Source: an uncultured Ruminococcus sp. (GTDB lineage: Bacteria > Bacillota > Clostridia > Oscillospirales > Ruminococcaceae). Taken from it: a stretch of 64,000 nt of DNA. How positions within the stretch are numbered: the stretch's first letter is position 1; every line of letters starts with the position of its first letter. Under the pieces are notes generated by a model. The model was given only the letters and a program-made list of their open reading frames with translations, made no database searches and was not told the origin of the DNA. The position numbers and the translations under genes were made by a program. The stretch is taken from the NCBI GenBank assembly GCA_946413695.1, contig CAMKLV010000001.1, forward strand, positions 21,131 to 85,130, in the 5' to 3' direction. Below, one piece after another: positions 33,378 to 43,300 of the stretch.

Positions 33378-34997
33378 TTATTGGTATTGTGCCCGAAAAT
33401 CATTCAGCGATAAAGCAAGTTCCGAGTTGTACAGATTGTACAAATCATTACTTGAATAATAGTCATCACGGAAAGTTCCGTCCGGATTCATCAGATAATC
33501 GCCGTACCAGAGCCCGAAAAATGACCAGACAGAGCGGTCGATCTGCATCATCCCCGGATCGGGAATCGCACTGCATTCACTGAGCGCAAGCAGCTTTCTG
33601 CCGCCGGTGAGCTTTTTCAGTGCAAGGAACTGTTCATAGCGGCTGCCGTACTGCATCTTCGGCTGGAGATAAATATCAACAGAAGCAATATCGTAGGTGC
33701 TTTCCGGAACAAGATATGCCGCGCTCTGTCCGTTCCAGATCCAGATGAGGTTATCCAGATGATGATATTCTGTCATGCGGCAGTAGAGCAGCTGCCAGAG
33801 ACTTTCATATGCAGCGCTGCCGGATGCGCCCCACCAGTACCAGCCGCCGCCTGCTTCATGCAGCGGGCGCCAGAGCACCGGAATATCCATATTTTTCAAG
33901 GGCTTCAACGCTTCTGCAATGCGGTCAATGTCCTGCAGCAAAAGCTTCGTTTCCTCACGGATCGCACCGGATTCTGCAGCAGCGTCAGCATCAGAGAGCG
34001 TCGCAAGCTTCTGCATGTCCTTATGCCGCAAAGCTGCCTGCAGATCAAAATCCGTATCCTCTGCGTAGACTGAATCTGAGCCGGGTGCATTCCACTGCCA
34101 CATCAGCCCGACGATACCCTGCATGTAGACATTCCAGTCGATTGCAGCGTCGATCTGCTCGCGGTTATCGCCGGAGCCGATCAGACTGAACCGGATCGCA
34201 GGGAGCTGCCCGGTCTGCTGATAAATCATCTGCAGCTCACGGTCATTTTCATCGGAAACATATTGACCGGTGATTATTTTCTGCTCCCAGTTATCAAGCA
34301 GAAACCGGTAAAGCTGCTTTGCTTCATCAGATGCCTCCGGATTGCACAGCGTATCCCGAACAGAGAAATCCGTCTGATAGACTGACGCATCATCCGCAAG
34401 CTCTATATAGTCAATATCAAGCTTCGTATCAATTGTATCCACCGCGATCTCAGCCTTGCCCTTTTCAAGGAAGATGCCGTAAAATGTCACCATTGTGAAG
34501 TGATCCGGATCATCAATCGTAAACTGCGAGACGATCTCATCATTGACACGCAGCGCATGCGAGCCGTTCTGAGAAGCCGCAGCGCAGACTGTAATACAAT
34601 AATGCTGCGTGCGGGGGATAGTCACAGAGCAGGTGAGCGCGGATTCGGTATGTGCAGGCAGCGAACCGATGTACCCTTTGCCGGAATAGCCGCTGCGCTT
34701 TGTCAATGCTTTCAGTTTCTCCGGCAGCTTTAAGGACTCTGCCTCAATCCGCCGTTTGAAATGTCCCTGACTGATCTCGGGGAGATTGAGCTGATAGGAA
34801 TCGGAATGCAGCTCATCGGCAGCAAGGGAGTCATCCGATGCAGAGCCGGAAAAATAACGATAATAGCTGTATTTGCGCTGCTGTGTCTCCGTCGCCTTCG
34901 GAAACGGAAGAAACAGAAAGCATATGGATACAACACATACGCAGATAACCAGCAGCAGCGCCCGAAACACACCGTTGAGGTGCGGAAAACGATTCAA
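33378..34997 (-). CDS. Membrane-anchored glycoside hydrolase family 26 (beta-mannanase-like) with N-terminal carbohydrate-binding-like module
   Basis: PVLWRPLHEAGGGWYWWG resembles the GH26 RPxHEMNGxWFWWG catalytic-acid motif. It has an N-terminal TM/signal anchor. The TTG start overlaps the GH95 stop. Confidence 0.7.
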   Translation of the reverse strand: MNRFPHLNGVFRALLLVICVCVVSICFLFLPFPKATETQQRKYSYYRYFSGSASDDSLAADELHSDSYQLNLPEISQGHFKRRIEAESLKLPEKLKALTKRSGYSGKGYIGSLPAHTESALTCSVTIPRTQHYCITVCAAASQNGSHALRVNDEIVSQFTIDDPDHFTMVTFYGIFLEKGKAEIAVDTIDTKLDIDYIELADDASVYQTDFSVRDTLCNPEASDEAKQLYRFLLDNWEQKIITGQYVSDENDRELQMIYQQTGQLPAIRFSLIGSGDNREQIDAAIDWNVYMQGIVGLMWQWNAPGSDSVYAEDTDFDLQAALRHKDMQKLATLSDADAAAESGAIREETKLLLQDIDRIAEALKPLKNMDIPVLWRPLHEAGGGWYWWGASGSAAYESLWQLLYCRMTEYHHLDNLIWIWNGQSAAYLVPESTYDIASVDIYLQPKMQYGSRYEQFLALKKLTGGRKLLALSECSAIPDPGMMQIDRSVWSFFGLWYGDYLMNPDGTFRDDYYSSNDLYNLYNSELALSLNDFRAQYQ

Positions 34998-37288
34998 ACT
35001 GCAGTCAGATGATAAACACCTGCCGGAACGGTCTCAAATGCCAAGAAGCCTTCCGCCTCCTTTCTGATGTGTTCGGTTTCAATCAGCCGCAGTCTGCACT
35101 GCGGCGGGTAATACAATCTGCAGACGCCGCCGTGATTGGATGCAACTGTCACCTGCAAAAGGTTGTAATCCTTCCATTCAGCGGAAATCTCGAATCCGCC
35201 GTATCCGCACAGACCGCGGAAACTGCCTGTATGCCACGCATCCGGAAGTGCCGGCAGAAGGGTCAAGCCGTCAGAATCCGATTGTAGCAGCGTCTCTGCA
35301 ATTGCAGCTGTTCCGCCGAAATTGCCATCAATCTGAAACGGCGGATGCATGTCAAAGAGATTCGGATTTGTAGAATCAATCATCAGCTTGCAAAGTGCAG
35401 CATAACAGTTTTCACCGTCCTGCAGACGGGCATAGAAATTAGCAATCCAAGCACAGCTCCATCCGGTATGACCGCCGCCGTGCGTCAGTCGCCGCCGAAG
35501 TGTCGCAGCAGCTGCTTTTGCAAGCTCCGGCGTTCTGCGGACAGATATCGCATGCGCAGGATGCAGTGCAAAAAGCTGTGAGATATGCCGGTGACCGGGT
35601 TCCGGTTCATCGTAATCGACAGCCCATTCCATGATCTGCCCGTGCTGCCCGATCTGCGGTTTCGGCAGCTTCTTCAGCTGAGCACACAGCAGGGGAGTCA
35701 GCTCCGAATGCGCGCCGAGAATTGCATCCGCTTCGATCATATCCTGATAAAGCGCCGTGATAATCTGCGTATCCATTGTCGGTCCTGCACACAGAGAACC
35801 GGTTTCTCCGTTCGGCAAACGATAACTGTTCTCCGGCGAAACGCTCGGGCAGGTCACCAACTGACCGTTTTCGTTTTCGGTCAGATACTGTGAACAGAAC
35901 CGCGCCGCCTCCGTCAGGATATCGAAATGTGCCGCGAGAAAATCCCGATCCAGCGTAAACCGATAGTGCTCCATGATGTGCAGCGCAAGCCATGCACCGC
36001 CGAACGGCCAGATTGTCGCCGGCATCCAGAGATCCTGTGGTGCCGTATCACCCCAGAGATCCGTATTATGGTGACAGCAAAAGCCTTCCAGCCCGTACAT
36101 CTCGCGTGCCGTGCGTCTGCCGCTTTTCATGACTTTGCGCAGCAGCGAAAACAGCGGCAGATGACAATCAGACAGATTGCAGCTTTCCGCACACCAGTAA
36201 TTCATTTCGGTGTTGATGTTGATTGTGAACCGTGAACCCCATGCAGGCCACATGTCAACATTCCAGATGCCCTGCAGGTTCAGCGGAAGAGAACCTAAAC
36301 GGCTGCCCGCAATCATCAGGTATCTGCCAAAAGAGAAATAAAGCGACAGCAGCGCATTGCATGCATCCTGATGATGCTCCTTTGCAGATTCCAGAAGTCG
36401 ATCTGTCGGGAACTGCGCACAAAGGGAAGCATCCGGAAGTGTTACGGATGCACGCTGATACAGCGCACAATAATCGGAAAGATGCGCCTGCAAAAGAGCC
36501 GGATAGGGGAGCGCAAGCGCTGCAAGACAGTCCGCATCGCAGAGTGCCTGCAAATCCGCATCCGGATGATAATAGCTTGTCTGCATACTGCAAACAATTA
36601 TGAGAGATGTTACCTGTTCCGCAACTATCGTATTGCCGCGGCGGAAAACCGAACCGTCCGGCGCAGATACGCGGCAGACCGAACAAAACCGGATTCCGTT
36701 TACGCCGCCGGAACAACCGTCAAATATCAGCGCAGCACCCTCAGGGGACTGCAAGACGCAATTGCGGTCAAAATCATCATCTCTGCCGTTCATCGAAAGA
36801 ACCGCAGCAAAGGGAACTTCACCGTTCAGACGCAGCACAATGCATCCCGCCGGTGCAGAAGCAAATGCCTCGCGCTGAAATGCAAATCCGCCCTTCCGGA
36901 ACGATACACGGCAAACCGCTGCATCCAGATCAAGCTCGCGCCGGTACGCAGTCAGATCGCCCTCCGGCAGGGTAAGCTGTATCCGAAGATCGCCGAGCGG
37001 GGTATAGTGCCGCATATCCGGCGGACAGCCCTGCATTTTCTGAAACGCAATCTGTTCCGCTTCTGATGTACGCCCCGCAAACAGCAGCTGCCGAACCTCA
37101 GCAAAACCTTCCTTTGCATCCGGATTGACACGGCTGCGCGGGCCGCCTGACCAAAGCGAATCCTCATTCATGCGGAGAAGCTCCTGCTCCGGATCGCCGT
37201 ATAGCATCGCGCCGAACCGGCCGGCACCGATCGGGAGCGCCTCCTCAAATCGGGATGCAGGCTGTTCATACCAGAGCGTGGGCATCAT
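34994..37288 (-). CDS. Glycoside hydrolase family 95 (alpha-L-fucosidase-like)
   Basis: LWYEQPASRFEEALPIGAGRFGAMLYGDPEQELLRMNEDSLWSGGP is the GH95 N-terminal signature. Also NLQGIWN and the 764-aa length fit. No signal peptide. Its start overlaps the ctp stop. Confidence 0.8.
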   Translation of the reverse strand: MMPTLWYEQPASRFEEALPIGAGRFGAMLYGDPEQELLRMNEDSLWSGGPRSRVNPDAKEGFAEVRQLLFAGRTSEAEQIAFQKMQGCPPDMRHYTPLGDLRIQLTLPEGDLTAYRRELDLDAAVCRVSFRKGGFAFQREAFASAPAGCIVLRLNGEVPFAAVLSMNGRDDDFDRNCVLQSPEGAALIFDGCSGGVNGIRFCSVCRVSAPDGSVFRRGNTIVAEQVTSLIIVCSMQTSYYHPDADLQALCDADCLAALALPYPALLQAHLSDYCALYQRASVTLPDASLCAQFPTDRLLESAKEHHQDACNALLSLYFSFGRYLMIAGSRLGSLPLNLQGIWNVDMWPAWGSRFTININTEMNYWCAESCNLSDCHLPLFSLLRKVMKSGRRTAREMYGLEGFCCHHNTDLWGDTAPQDLWMPATIWPFGGAWLALHIMEHYRFTLDRDFLAAHFDILTEAARFCSQYLTENENGQLVTCPSVSPENSYRLPNGETGSLCAGPTMDTQIITALYQDMIEADAILGAHSELTPLLCAQLKKLPKPQIGQHGQIMEWAVDYDEPEPGHRHISQLFALHPAHAISVRRTPELAKAAAATLRRRLTHGGGHTGWSCAWIANFYARLQDGENCYAALCKLMIDSTNPNLFDMHPPFQIDGNFGGTAAIAETLLQSDSDGLTLLPALPDAWHTGSFRGLCGYGGFEISAEWKDYNLLQVTVASNHGGVCRLYYPPQCRLRLIETEHIRKEAEGFLAFETVPAGVYHLTAV

Positions 37289-38466
37289 TCAGCCTCCTGC
37301 TTCTTGATCAGATTCTTCGCAGCCTCAATCGCAGCAGCAATCTGATTGTCTTTTTCCGCATCCGGATCGTAGACCGCTTCTATATCCGGTTCCAGTCCGA
37401 TCTCATGATAACAAGGCGTTTTGCCGGTCGCATAGGTAGCGGTTGTCAGCGTAACACCGCCGCCGGAAAGATCAAAGGTTGTCTGCATGATGCCCTTGCC
37501 GAAGGTTGTTTCACCGACCAGAACAGCATCCGCATAATCGCGGAGCACACATGCAAACAGCTCGGCTGCGCTCGCCGTATTGCCGTTGACAAGAACCACA
37601 TACGGCATCTTTTCAAAGTGGGCATCGGATTCAAGGATCGGCGATGCATTGCCGTCGCGGTCATAAGAAAACGCGAGCTCGCCCTCCGGCAGCAGGGGAT
37701 CGGTCATCTGTTCCAGCGCCGAAAGCACACCGCCGCCGTTGTTCCGCACATCAAAGATAAATGCTTTTGCGCCCTGTTTCAGGAGTTCCTGACGGGCATT
37801 TTCAAACTGTGCGATTGTCACGCCGCGGAATTTCCCGATGTAAATATAGCCGATATCATCCGGCAGATAGGCAGACTGCACCGTGATTTCGTCGATCTGC
37901 GCGCGGACAACCGTGATTTTTTTCTCTGTATCCGAATCGTGCTTGCGGATCAGAAGCGTGACCGATGTACCGACCTCGCCGGAGATCATGTCAACAGCTT
38001 CGTCATAGCTTGCTTTCAGTGAGACGCCGTCCACCTCAAGGAGCATGTCGCCGACCTCGATACCGCGCTTTTCAGCCGGTCCGTCCTCCGTGACATCTGC
38101 GATTTCGGCAAAGCCTTCCTCTGTTTTTCGGATCGAAATGCCGATTCCGGTGTACACACCCGAATTGTTGTCATGATAAGCCGTCAGTGCCTCATCGCTG
38201 CGATAGACGCTGTAGCGGTCGCCGAGACCGCTGACATAGCCTTCCAGCATGCCCTCGAGCACATCATCCTCCGGCACATCTTTATAAAAGACATCGCGCA
38301 CCTTTGCATCGAGCTCGTCAAGTCGCTGATACTTATCTGCAAGGCGGTCGATCTCTGTAATTTTCGAGTTAAACGCATTCCTGCTGGCGGAAAGCGTAAT
38401 GACAAATGTCGCAGCAGCAGTCAGTGTCATCAGACTCAGAACTGTTCCAAGAGAGATTTTAACCAT
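37285..38466 (-). CDS. ctpA: S41 family carboxyl-terminal processing protease
   Basis: N-terminal TM helix, a PDZ-like segment (GIEVGDMLLEVDG), VLVNGNTASAAELFACVL and GETTFGKG (catalytic Ser/Lys context). Confidence 0.85.
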   Translation of the reverse strand: MVKISLGTVLSLMTLTAAATFVITLSASRNAFNSKITEIDRLADKYQRLDELDAKVRDVFYKDVPEDDVLEGMLEGYVSGLGDRYSVYRSDEALTAYHDNNSGVYTGIGISIRKTEEGFAEIADVTEDGPAEKRGIEVGDMLLEVDGVSLKASYDEAVDMISGEVGTSVTLLIRKHDSDTEKKITVVRAQIDEITVQSAYLPDDIGYIYIGKFRGVTIAQFENARQELLKQGAKAFIFDVRNNGGGVLSALEQMTDPLLPEGELAFSYDRDGNASPILESDAHFEKMPYVVLVNGNTASAAELFACVLRDYADAVLVGETTFGKGIMQTTFDLSGGGVTLTTATYATGKTPCYHEIGLEPDIEAVYDPDAEKDNQIAAAIEAAKNLIKKQEAE

Positions 38467-38582
38467 CCCAGTCCGCCTTTCACATCCGCTTGAAAATGCC
38501 GGAAACGGCAAGAGACATCCTGACTGTCTCCTGCCGTTCTTCCGGATTGTAAGAAATGAAGCAAATTCGTCAAAAAGATGAA

Positions 38583-40139
38583 TTACGGTAGATAATTCAA
38601 AGGATTCACTCGTTCGTTGTTGATGCGCACCTCAAAGTGAAGATGCGGACCGGTCGCAGAACCCGTCATACCGACGATGCCAACCTGCTGACCGACAGTA
38701 ACCTGCTGACCGACAGAGACATCGACGCGCTGCATATGCGCATAGAGCGTCGAATAGCCGTTGCCGTGATAGATCACAACATGCTTGCCGTAGCCGCCGC
38801 CCCAGTTATCGGACGTGACGTAGGAAACCGTGCCGTTGCCCGCAGCGCAGACTGCCGCGCCGTTGATCGGGCTGACGTTTCCGATGATATCAATTGCACC
38901 GTGTCCCTTTATCACGCCGGAACCGAACGGATCGGGACGCGGACCGAAATAACTGGAAATGCCGTAATGTCCCGGAACCGGCCATGCAAACATGCTGCCG
39001 CTCGGAGCCGGTGCCGCAGTGGTTGTAGTCGCAGCGGTAGTCGGGGGCGCAGTCGGCGGTGCGGTCGGAGCCGTTGTCGGTGCCGCGGTGACAACCGGAG
39101 CAGGTGCCTCTGTTACCACAGGCTGCGGTGCGACCTGCTGCGCCTCAGTTGCAGCCGGAGCTGTCACTGCCGGTGTCGGAACAACCGTTGTGTAAACAAT
39201 CGGTTTCGCCGTAGTTGTGGTTGTAGTGCGAACCGTTGTAGTGGTGGTAACGGTAGTTGTCAGCTTTGCCTGAAGCTCAGCCTTTTTGCGGGCTTCTTCT
39301 TCCTTTTGTTTTCTTTCCTCTTCCATTGCCTTCCGCAGTGCTTCGGCAATGATTTCTTCCTGTTCCTTTTCGATTTCGCCAAGATCCAGCTGCTGCTGTT
39401 TCAGTTCATTGTTTGCAGTGAGCTGCTTATTTTCAATCATCTGAATCTCGACATTGTTATCGGAAAGCGCAGTGTTGAGTTCGAGTTTCGAGGCGTCAAA
39501 TTCATCGAGCAGAACCTGAATCTCTGTCTGCTTGATATTGAGCGCCTGTACACTTGCAGTCAGATCCTGCTTGTGATTGGTCAGCGTCTGAATCTCCTCA
39601 CGCAGATTTGTGATCATTTCATCATCGTGCTTGGAGATACGCTTAATCAGATCCACACGCGCAAGGACATCATAAAAGCTGGATGCACCGACGAGTGCAG
39701 AGAGCAGCGAGTCATTGCCGTGGACATAGAGCGCGCGGATGCGGGACTTAAACGCCTTGAGTCCCTCCTGCACTGCGACTTCTTCCTCATCAATCTGAGT
39801 CTGCAGATCGGCAATCTCAGATTCCTTGTCACTGATCTCGCCGATCAGGTTGGACATCTGCGAGTCGATGAGAACCATCTTGCCGTTGATGAGGTTGATC
39901 TCCTCTTTCAGCGTCTGCTCGTAAGCAGCTTTATCCGAGAGATCCTCCGCGAGCTTTTTCAGCTCTGCCTTCTTTTTGTCAATCTGATCCTGTTTGTCTT
40001 TTTTCTCCTGTTCAATTTCCTTAAGTGTCTTCGCATAAGTCAGATTATTCGGATTCTGCTTTGCTTCCAGCGTAAGAGATGTCGCCGTCAAAATGACAGC
40101 AGACAGCACTGCAAGCGCTTTTCTGCATTGCTTGTTCAT
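38583..40139 (-). CDS. M23 family metallopeptidase with N-terminal coiled coil (EnvC-like murein hydrolase/activator)
   Basis: Signal peptide, a long coiled-coil region, a Thr/Pro-rich linker, and a C-terminal HGAIDI...YAHM...GSATGPHLHFEV LytM/M23 motif set. Confidence 0.8.
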   Translation of the reverse strand: MNKQCRKALAVLSAVILTATSLTLEAKQNPNNLTYAKTLKEIEQEKKDKQDQIDKKKAELKKLAEDLSDKAAYEQTLKEEINLINGKMVLIDSQMSNLIGEISDKESEIADLQTQIDEEEVAVQEGLKAFKSRIRALYVHGNDSLLSALVGASSFYDVLARVDLIKRISKHDDEMITNLREEIQTLTNHKQDLTASVQALNIKQTEIQVLLDEFDASKLELNTALSDNNVEIQMIENKQLTANNELKQQQLDLGEIEKEQEEIIAEALRKAMEEERKQKEEEARKKAELQAKLTTTVTTTTTVRTTTTTTAKPIVYTTVVPTPAVTAPAATEAQQVAPQPVVTEAPAPVVTAAPTTAPTAPPTAPPTTAATTTTAAPAPSGSMFAWPVPGHYGISSYFGPRPDPFGSGVIKGHGAIDIIGNVSPINGAAVCAAGNGTVSYVTSDNWGGGYGKHVVIYHGNGYSTLYAHMQRVDVSVGQQVTVGQQVGIVGMTGSATGPHLHFEVRINNERVNPLNYLP

Positions 40140-40166
40140 AAATAAACCTTCCTTTTTGCTTTTGGA

Positions 40167-41084
40167 TTACATATTTGCGGCACGGTATCTCAGGTGAACA
40201 CGTGTCGAAAGCACACTTCCGAATGCGCCGATCAGCGAACCGGCGATGATATAGGAAAGCATGACAATCAGATAGATTTTGTTATAGGGGATGACATTGC
40301 CAAGACCGATCGTGCTCAGGACATCAAAGCGTCCGAGCAGATTGACAAGGCTGTCATATGCAAACCATGTCAGCAGTGTGGCGAAAACGCCCGCCATAAA
40401 TCCGTTGATCATGCCCTCAATAAAGAACGGAAAACGGATAAAGCCCTTTGTCGCGCCGACGCTCTGCATGATGCTGATCTCGCGGCGTCTGGAGAACACA
40501 CTGGCACGGGTTGTATTCGAGATAATAACCATGGAAACGATCAGCAGCGCGATGATAATTGCAATCGCTACAATCGTTACAACGCGGCGCATTTCCGTCA
40601 GCAGCTCAACGAACGAATCCGGCGAGCGGACGGACTCCACGTTTTCAATCTTTTCCGTGGCTGAAAGCGTCTCATCCATTTTCGAGATATCCGAGACGCG
40701 GATGCGATAAGCATCGAGCAGGGGATTGTCATCACCGAGTGACTCAAACACGATCGCCTGATCGCTCATATCCTCTTTCAGATCCTCGAATGCTTCCTCT
40801 TTGGTATAGAGCTGAACGCTTGCAATGTTGTTCATCGCGCGCAGTTCCTCGCCGATTGCTTCGAGGCGGGCATCATCGGTATTCTCCGAAAGGTAAACAA
40901 TGACTTCGTTTTTATCCTCAATGCCGCCGATAATCGCATTGATATTTACGTAGAACAGAACAGAAATGCCGACGAGCAGCAAACTGACAAGCAGAACGCA
41001 GAACGATGCAAAAGCCATAACGCGGTTCTTCCAGACATTGTCAAAGCCCTGTCCGACAAGATACCGAAAACTACTGAGCTTCAA
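40167..41084 (-). CDS. ftsX: Cell division permease-like protein FtsX
   Basis: FRYLVGQGFDNVWKNRVMAFAS, a large extracellular loop and three C-terminal TM helices. I prefer the TTG at 41084 (8 nt after GGAGG) to the ORF-track start at 41099. Confidence 0.85.
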   Translation of the reverse strand: MKLSSFRYLVGQGFDNVWKNRVMAFASFCVLLVSLLLVGISVLFYVNINAIIGGIEDKNEVIVYLSENTDDARLEAIGEELRAMNNIASVQLYTKEEAFEDLKEDMSDQAIVFESLGDDNPLLDAYRIRVSDISKMDETLSATEKIENVESVRSPDSFVELLTEMRRVVTIVAIAIIIALLIVSMVIISNTTRASVFSRRREISIMQSVGATKGFIRFPFFIEGMINGFMAGVFATLLTWFAYDSLVNLLGRFDVLSTIGLGNVIPYNKIYLIVMLSYIIAGSLIGAFGSVLSTRVHLRYRAANM

Positions 41085-41763
41085 TTTCTGCGCCTCCAAT
41101 CACTTCGTCGAATACGACCTCGCCTTCACTGATATTGATGATTCTGCCGCCGAAATGGCGCACCATCTCGTGTGCATGTGTGACCATCAGAATCGTTGTA
41201 CCGCAGGCATTGATGCCCTGCAGCAGCTCAACGAGCTCATAGGCAAGCTCCGGATCGACATTACCGGTCGGCTCATCCGCAATCAGCAGAGCCGGATCGT
41301 TCACAAGCGCACGGGCAAGCGCACATCGCTGCTGCTCGCCGCCGGACAGCTCGCTCGGATAACAGTCAGCCTTATCCTGCAGACCGACCAGAGACATGAC
41401 ATAGGGGACGCGCTTGCGAATCTGCTTTTTCGGCGCGTCAATTACACGCAGCACAAAAGCGATATTTTCATAGACGGTCATGGTGTCAATCAGGCGGTAA
41501 TCCTGAAACACAACACCGATCGTACGGCGGAATTCCGGAACCTTGCGCTTTTTCAGTTTCGTCAGATCATAGCCGTTGACATAAACCTCGCCGCTGTTCG
41601 CATCGAGCTCTTTGAGCAGGAGCTTGATCAGCGTGCTTTTTCCGGCGCCCGATCGACCGATGACAAACGCAAATTCGCCGTCCTCGACCTTCAGGCTGAC
41701 ATCTGAAAGCGCCTCAACGCCGGTACTTTCATATGTCACGGACACATTTTTTAACTCTACCAA
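41071..41763 (-). CDS. ftsE: Cell division ATP-binding protein FtsE
   Basis: Walker A GRSGAGKST, signature LSGGEQQR, Walker B LLIADEPTGNVD. TTG start after AAGGAGGAA. Confidence 0.92.
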   Translation of the reverse strand: MVELKNVSVTYESTGVEALSDVSLKVEDGEFAFVIGRSGAGKSTLIKLLLKELDANSGEVYVNGYDLTKLKKRKVPEFRRTIGVVFQDYRLIDTMTVYENIAFVLRVIDAPKKQIRKRVPYVMSLVGLQDKADCYPSELSGGEQQRCALARALVNDPALLIADEPTGNVDPELAYELVELLQGINACGTTILMVTHAHEMVRHFGGRIINISEGEVVFDEVIGGAEIEAQ

Positions 41764-41863
41764 GAGTATTCCTCCTTATTTGGACGTTTTGGGGATCAGC
41801 GCGAACTTGCCCATGCGCTGATTCTTCGACATCTTCCCAAGGGCGAAAATCAATTATGTAAAC

Positions 41864-41897
41864 ATGGAAAATGCCAAACGAATCACTCCGTTCGGCA
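41864..41897 (-). terminator. Intrinsic terminator after the PucR-like regulator gene
   Basis: Minus strand reads UGCCGAACG-8 nt-CGUUUGGCA followed by UUUUCC. The stem is better on the minus-strand RNA, which uses a G-U pair. Confidence 0.55.
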
Positions 41898-41936
41898 CTC
41901 CCCAAGCTCACAAACAAATCAGATTCATGCTTTCGC

Positions 41937-43022
41937 TCAGAACTTAACAGGGCTGGACGAAAGATATTTCTTTACCATCAGAGCGATCTTAAAGACAATC
42001 GCGTGATCAAATTCGCGGAGATCCAGACCGGTCAGCTTCTTGATCTTCTCAAGACGGTAGACCAGCGTGTTGCGGTGAACGAACAGCTTTCTGGAGGTCT
42101 CGGAAACGTTCAGGTTGTTCTCAAAGAAGCGCTGGATCGTAAACAGCGTTTCGTGGTCGAGGCTTTCGATGCTGCCGCGCTTGAAGACCTCATGCAGGAA
42201 CGTCTCGCAGAGGGTGGTCGGCAGGTGATAGATCAGTCTTGCGATACCGAGGTTATCGTAGCTGACGATGACCTTATCCGTATCAAAGACCTTGCCGACT
42301 TCCAGAGCGGTCTGTGCCTCCTTGAAGGAACGCGCCAGATCCTTTACGCCGACAACGCTGGTACCGATACCGACATTGACGCGGGTGTAGAACTCGCTCG
42401 AAAGTGTATCAGCAATGGAGCGTGCCAGCTTCTCGAGATCCTTGCTCTCGTTGGTGGACTTAATCTCCTTGACGAGCACGATATCGGTCTCCGTGATGTT
42501 GAAGACGAAATCCTTGCTCTTATCCGGAAACAGATTCTGAATGACATCGTAAGCAGAGATATCATTTGCAGAAACAATCCGGATCAGGAAAACAACGCGG
42601 CTGATTTCTGCATTGAAGTGCAGCTCGCGTGCCTTGACGACGATATCACCGGGGAGCACGTTATCCAGAACAACGTTCTTGATAAAGTTGTTGCGGTCAT
42701 ATTTCTCGTCATAGTACTGCTTGATGCTGGACATTGCGATCGCAAGGATATCCGCATACTTTGCAGCATTCTCATCCGTGCCCTCGACAAATACGGCATA
42801 ATCCGGCGTGGTGCGGACACCGAACGGCTTATAGGTAAATCCGTCACGGATAAAGAGGTCACCGGATTCATTCATATCCATGGATACGAACTCATTTGTT
42901 GTGCCGACTCTGGTCGGATCGCTGCACGCGATAATCGTTGCGGTTTCATCGACAACGCCGATGGTTGCGTGAATGGTGTCGTGCATCTGAACGACAAGTC
43001 CCTGAAACGGTCTGTTAGACAT
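41937..43022 (-). CDS. PucR/CdaR-family transcriptional regulator
   Basis: The C-terminal LNVSETSRKLFVHRNTLVYRLEKIKKLTGLDLREFD is the PucR-type HTH. The 361-aa length is typical of CdaR-like regulators. Confidence 0.75.
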   Translation of the reverse strand: MSNRPFQGLVVQMHDTIHATIGVVDETATIIACSDPTRVGTTNEFVSMDMNESGDLFIRDGFTYKPFGVRTTPDYAVFVEGTDENAAKYADILAIAMSSIKQYYDEKYDRNNFIKNVVLDNVLPGDIVVKARELHFNAEISRVVFLIRIVSANDISAYDVIQNLFPDKSKDFVFNITETDIVLVKEIKSTNESKDLEKLARSIADTLSSEFYTRVNVGIGTSVVGVKDLARSFKEAQTALEVGKVFDTDKVIVSYDNLGIARLIYHLPTTLCETFLHEVFKRGSIESLDHETLFTIQRFFENNLNVSETSRKLFVHRNTLVYRLEKIKKLTGLDLREFDHAIVFKIALMVKKYLSSSPVKF

Positions 43023-43300
43023 AATACGATCCCTTCGCTTTCTTCATGAATTTTTGATTGGGAGTGCCATGATCTCAGGCAGGAGGGATCTGATGTCAAC
43101 CGTACGGTCCATTCAGGGATAGTTCCTGATCTGAAACTATTACAGATTGTAACATATTTCCCGTCCTTAGTTGTTAACAAACAATGAACAGAGTGTTAAC
43201 ATTTTATTTGAAGGGGTATTTTTCACGGTTTTCATTGTAAAAAATACCGAAAATTTCCATTTGATTATTGCATCACTGTCATTTATTTGTTACAGAATGG

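Noticed and set aside
38637-40145. 502-aa plus-strand ORF opposite the M23 peptidase gene
   Set aside because: It is a shadow ORF. Its translation is Arg/Cys-rich and repetitive, while the minus-strand frame carries the LytM/M23 HxxxD and HxH motifs.
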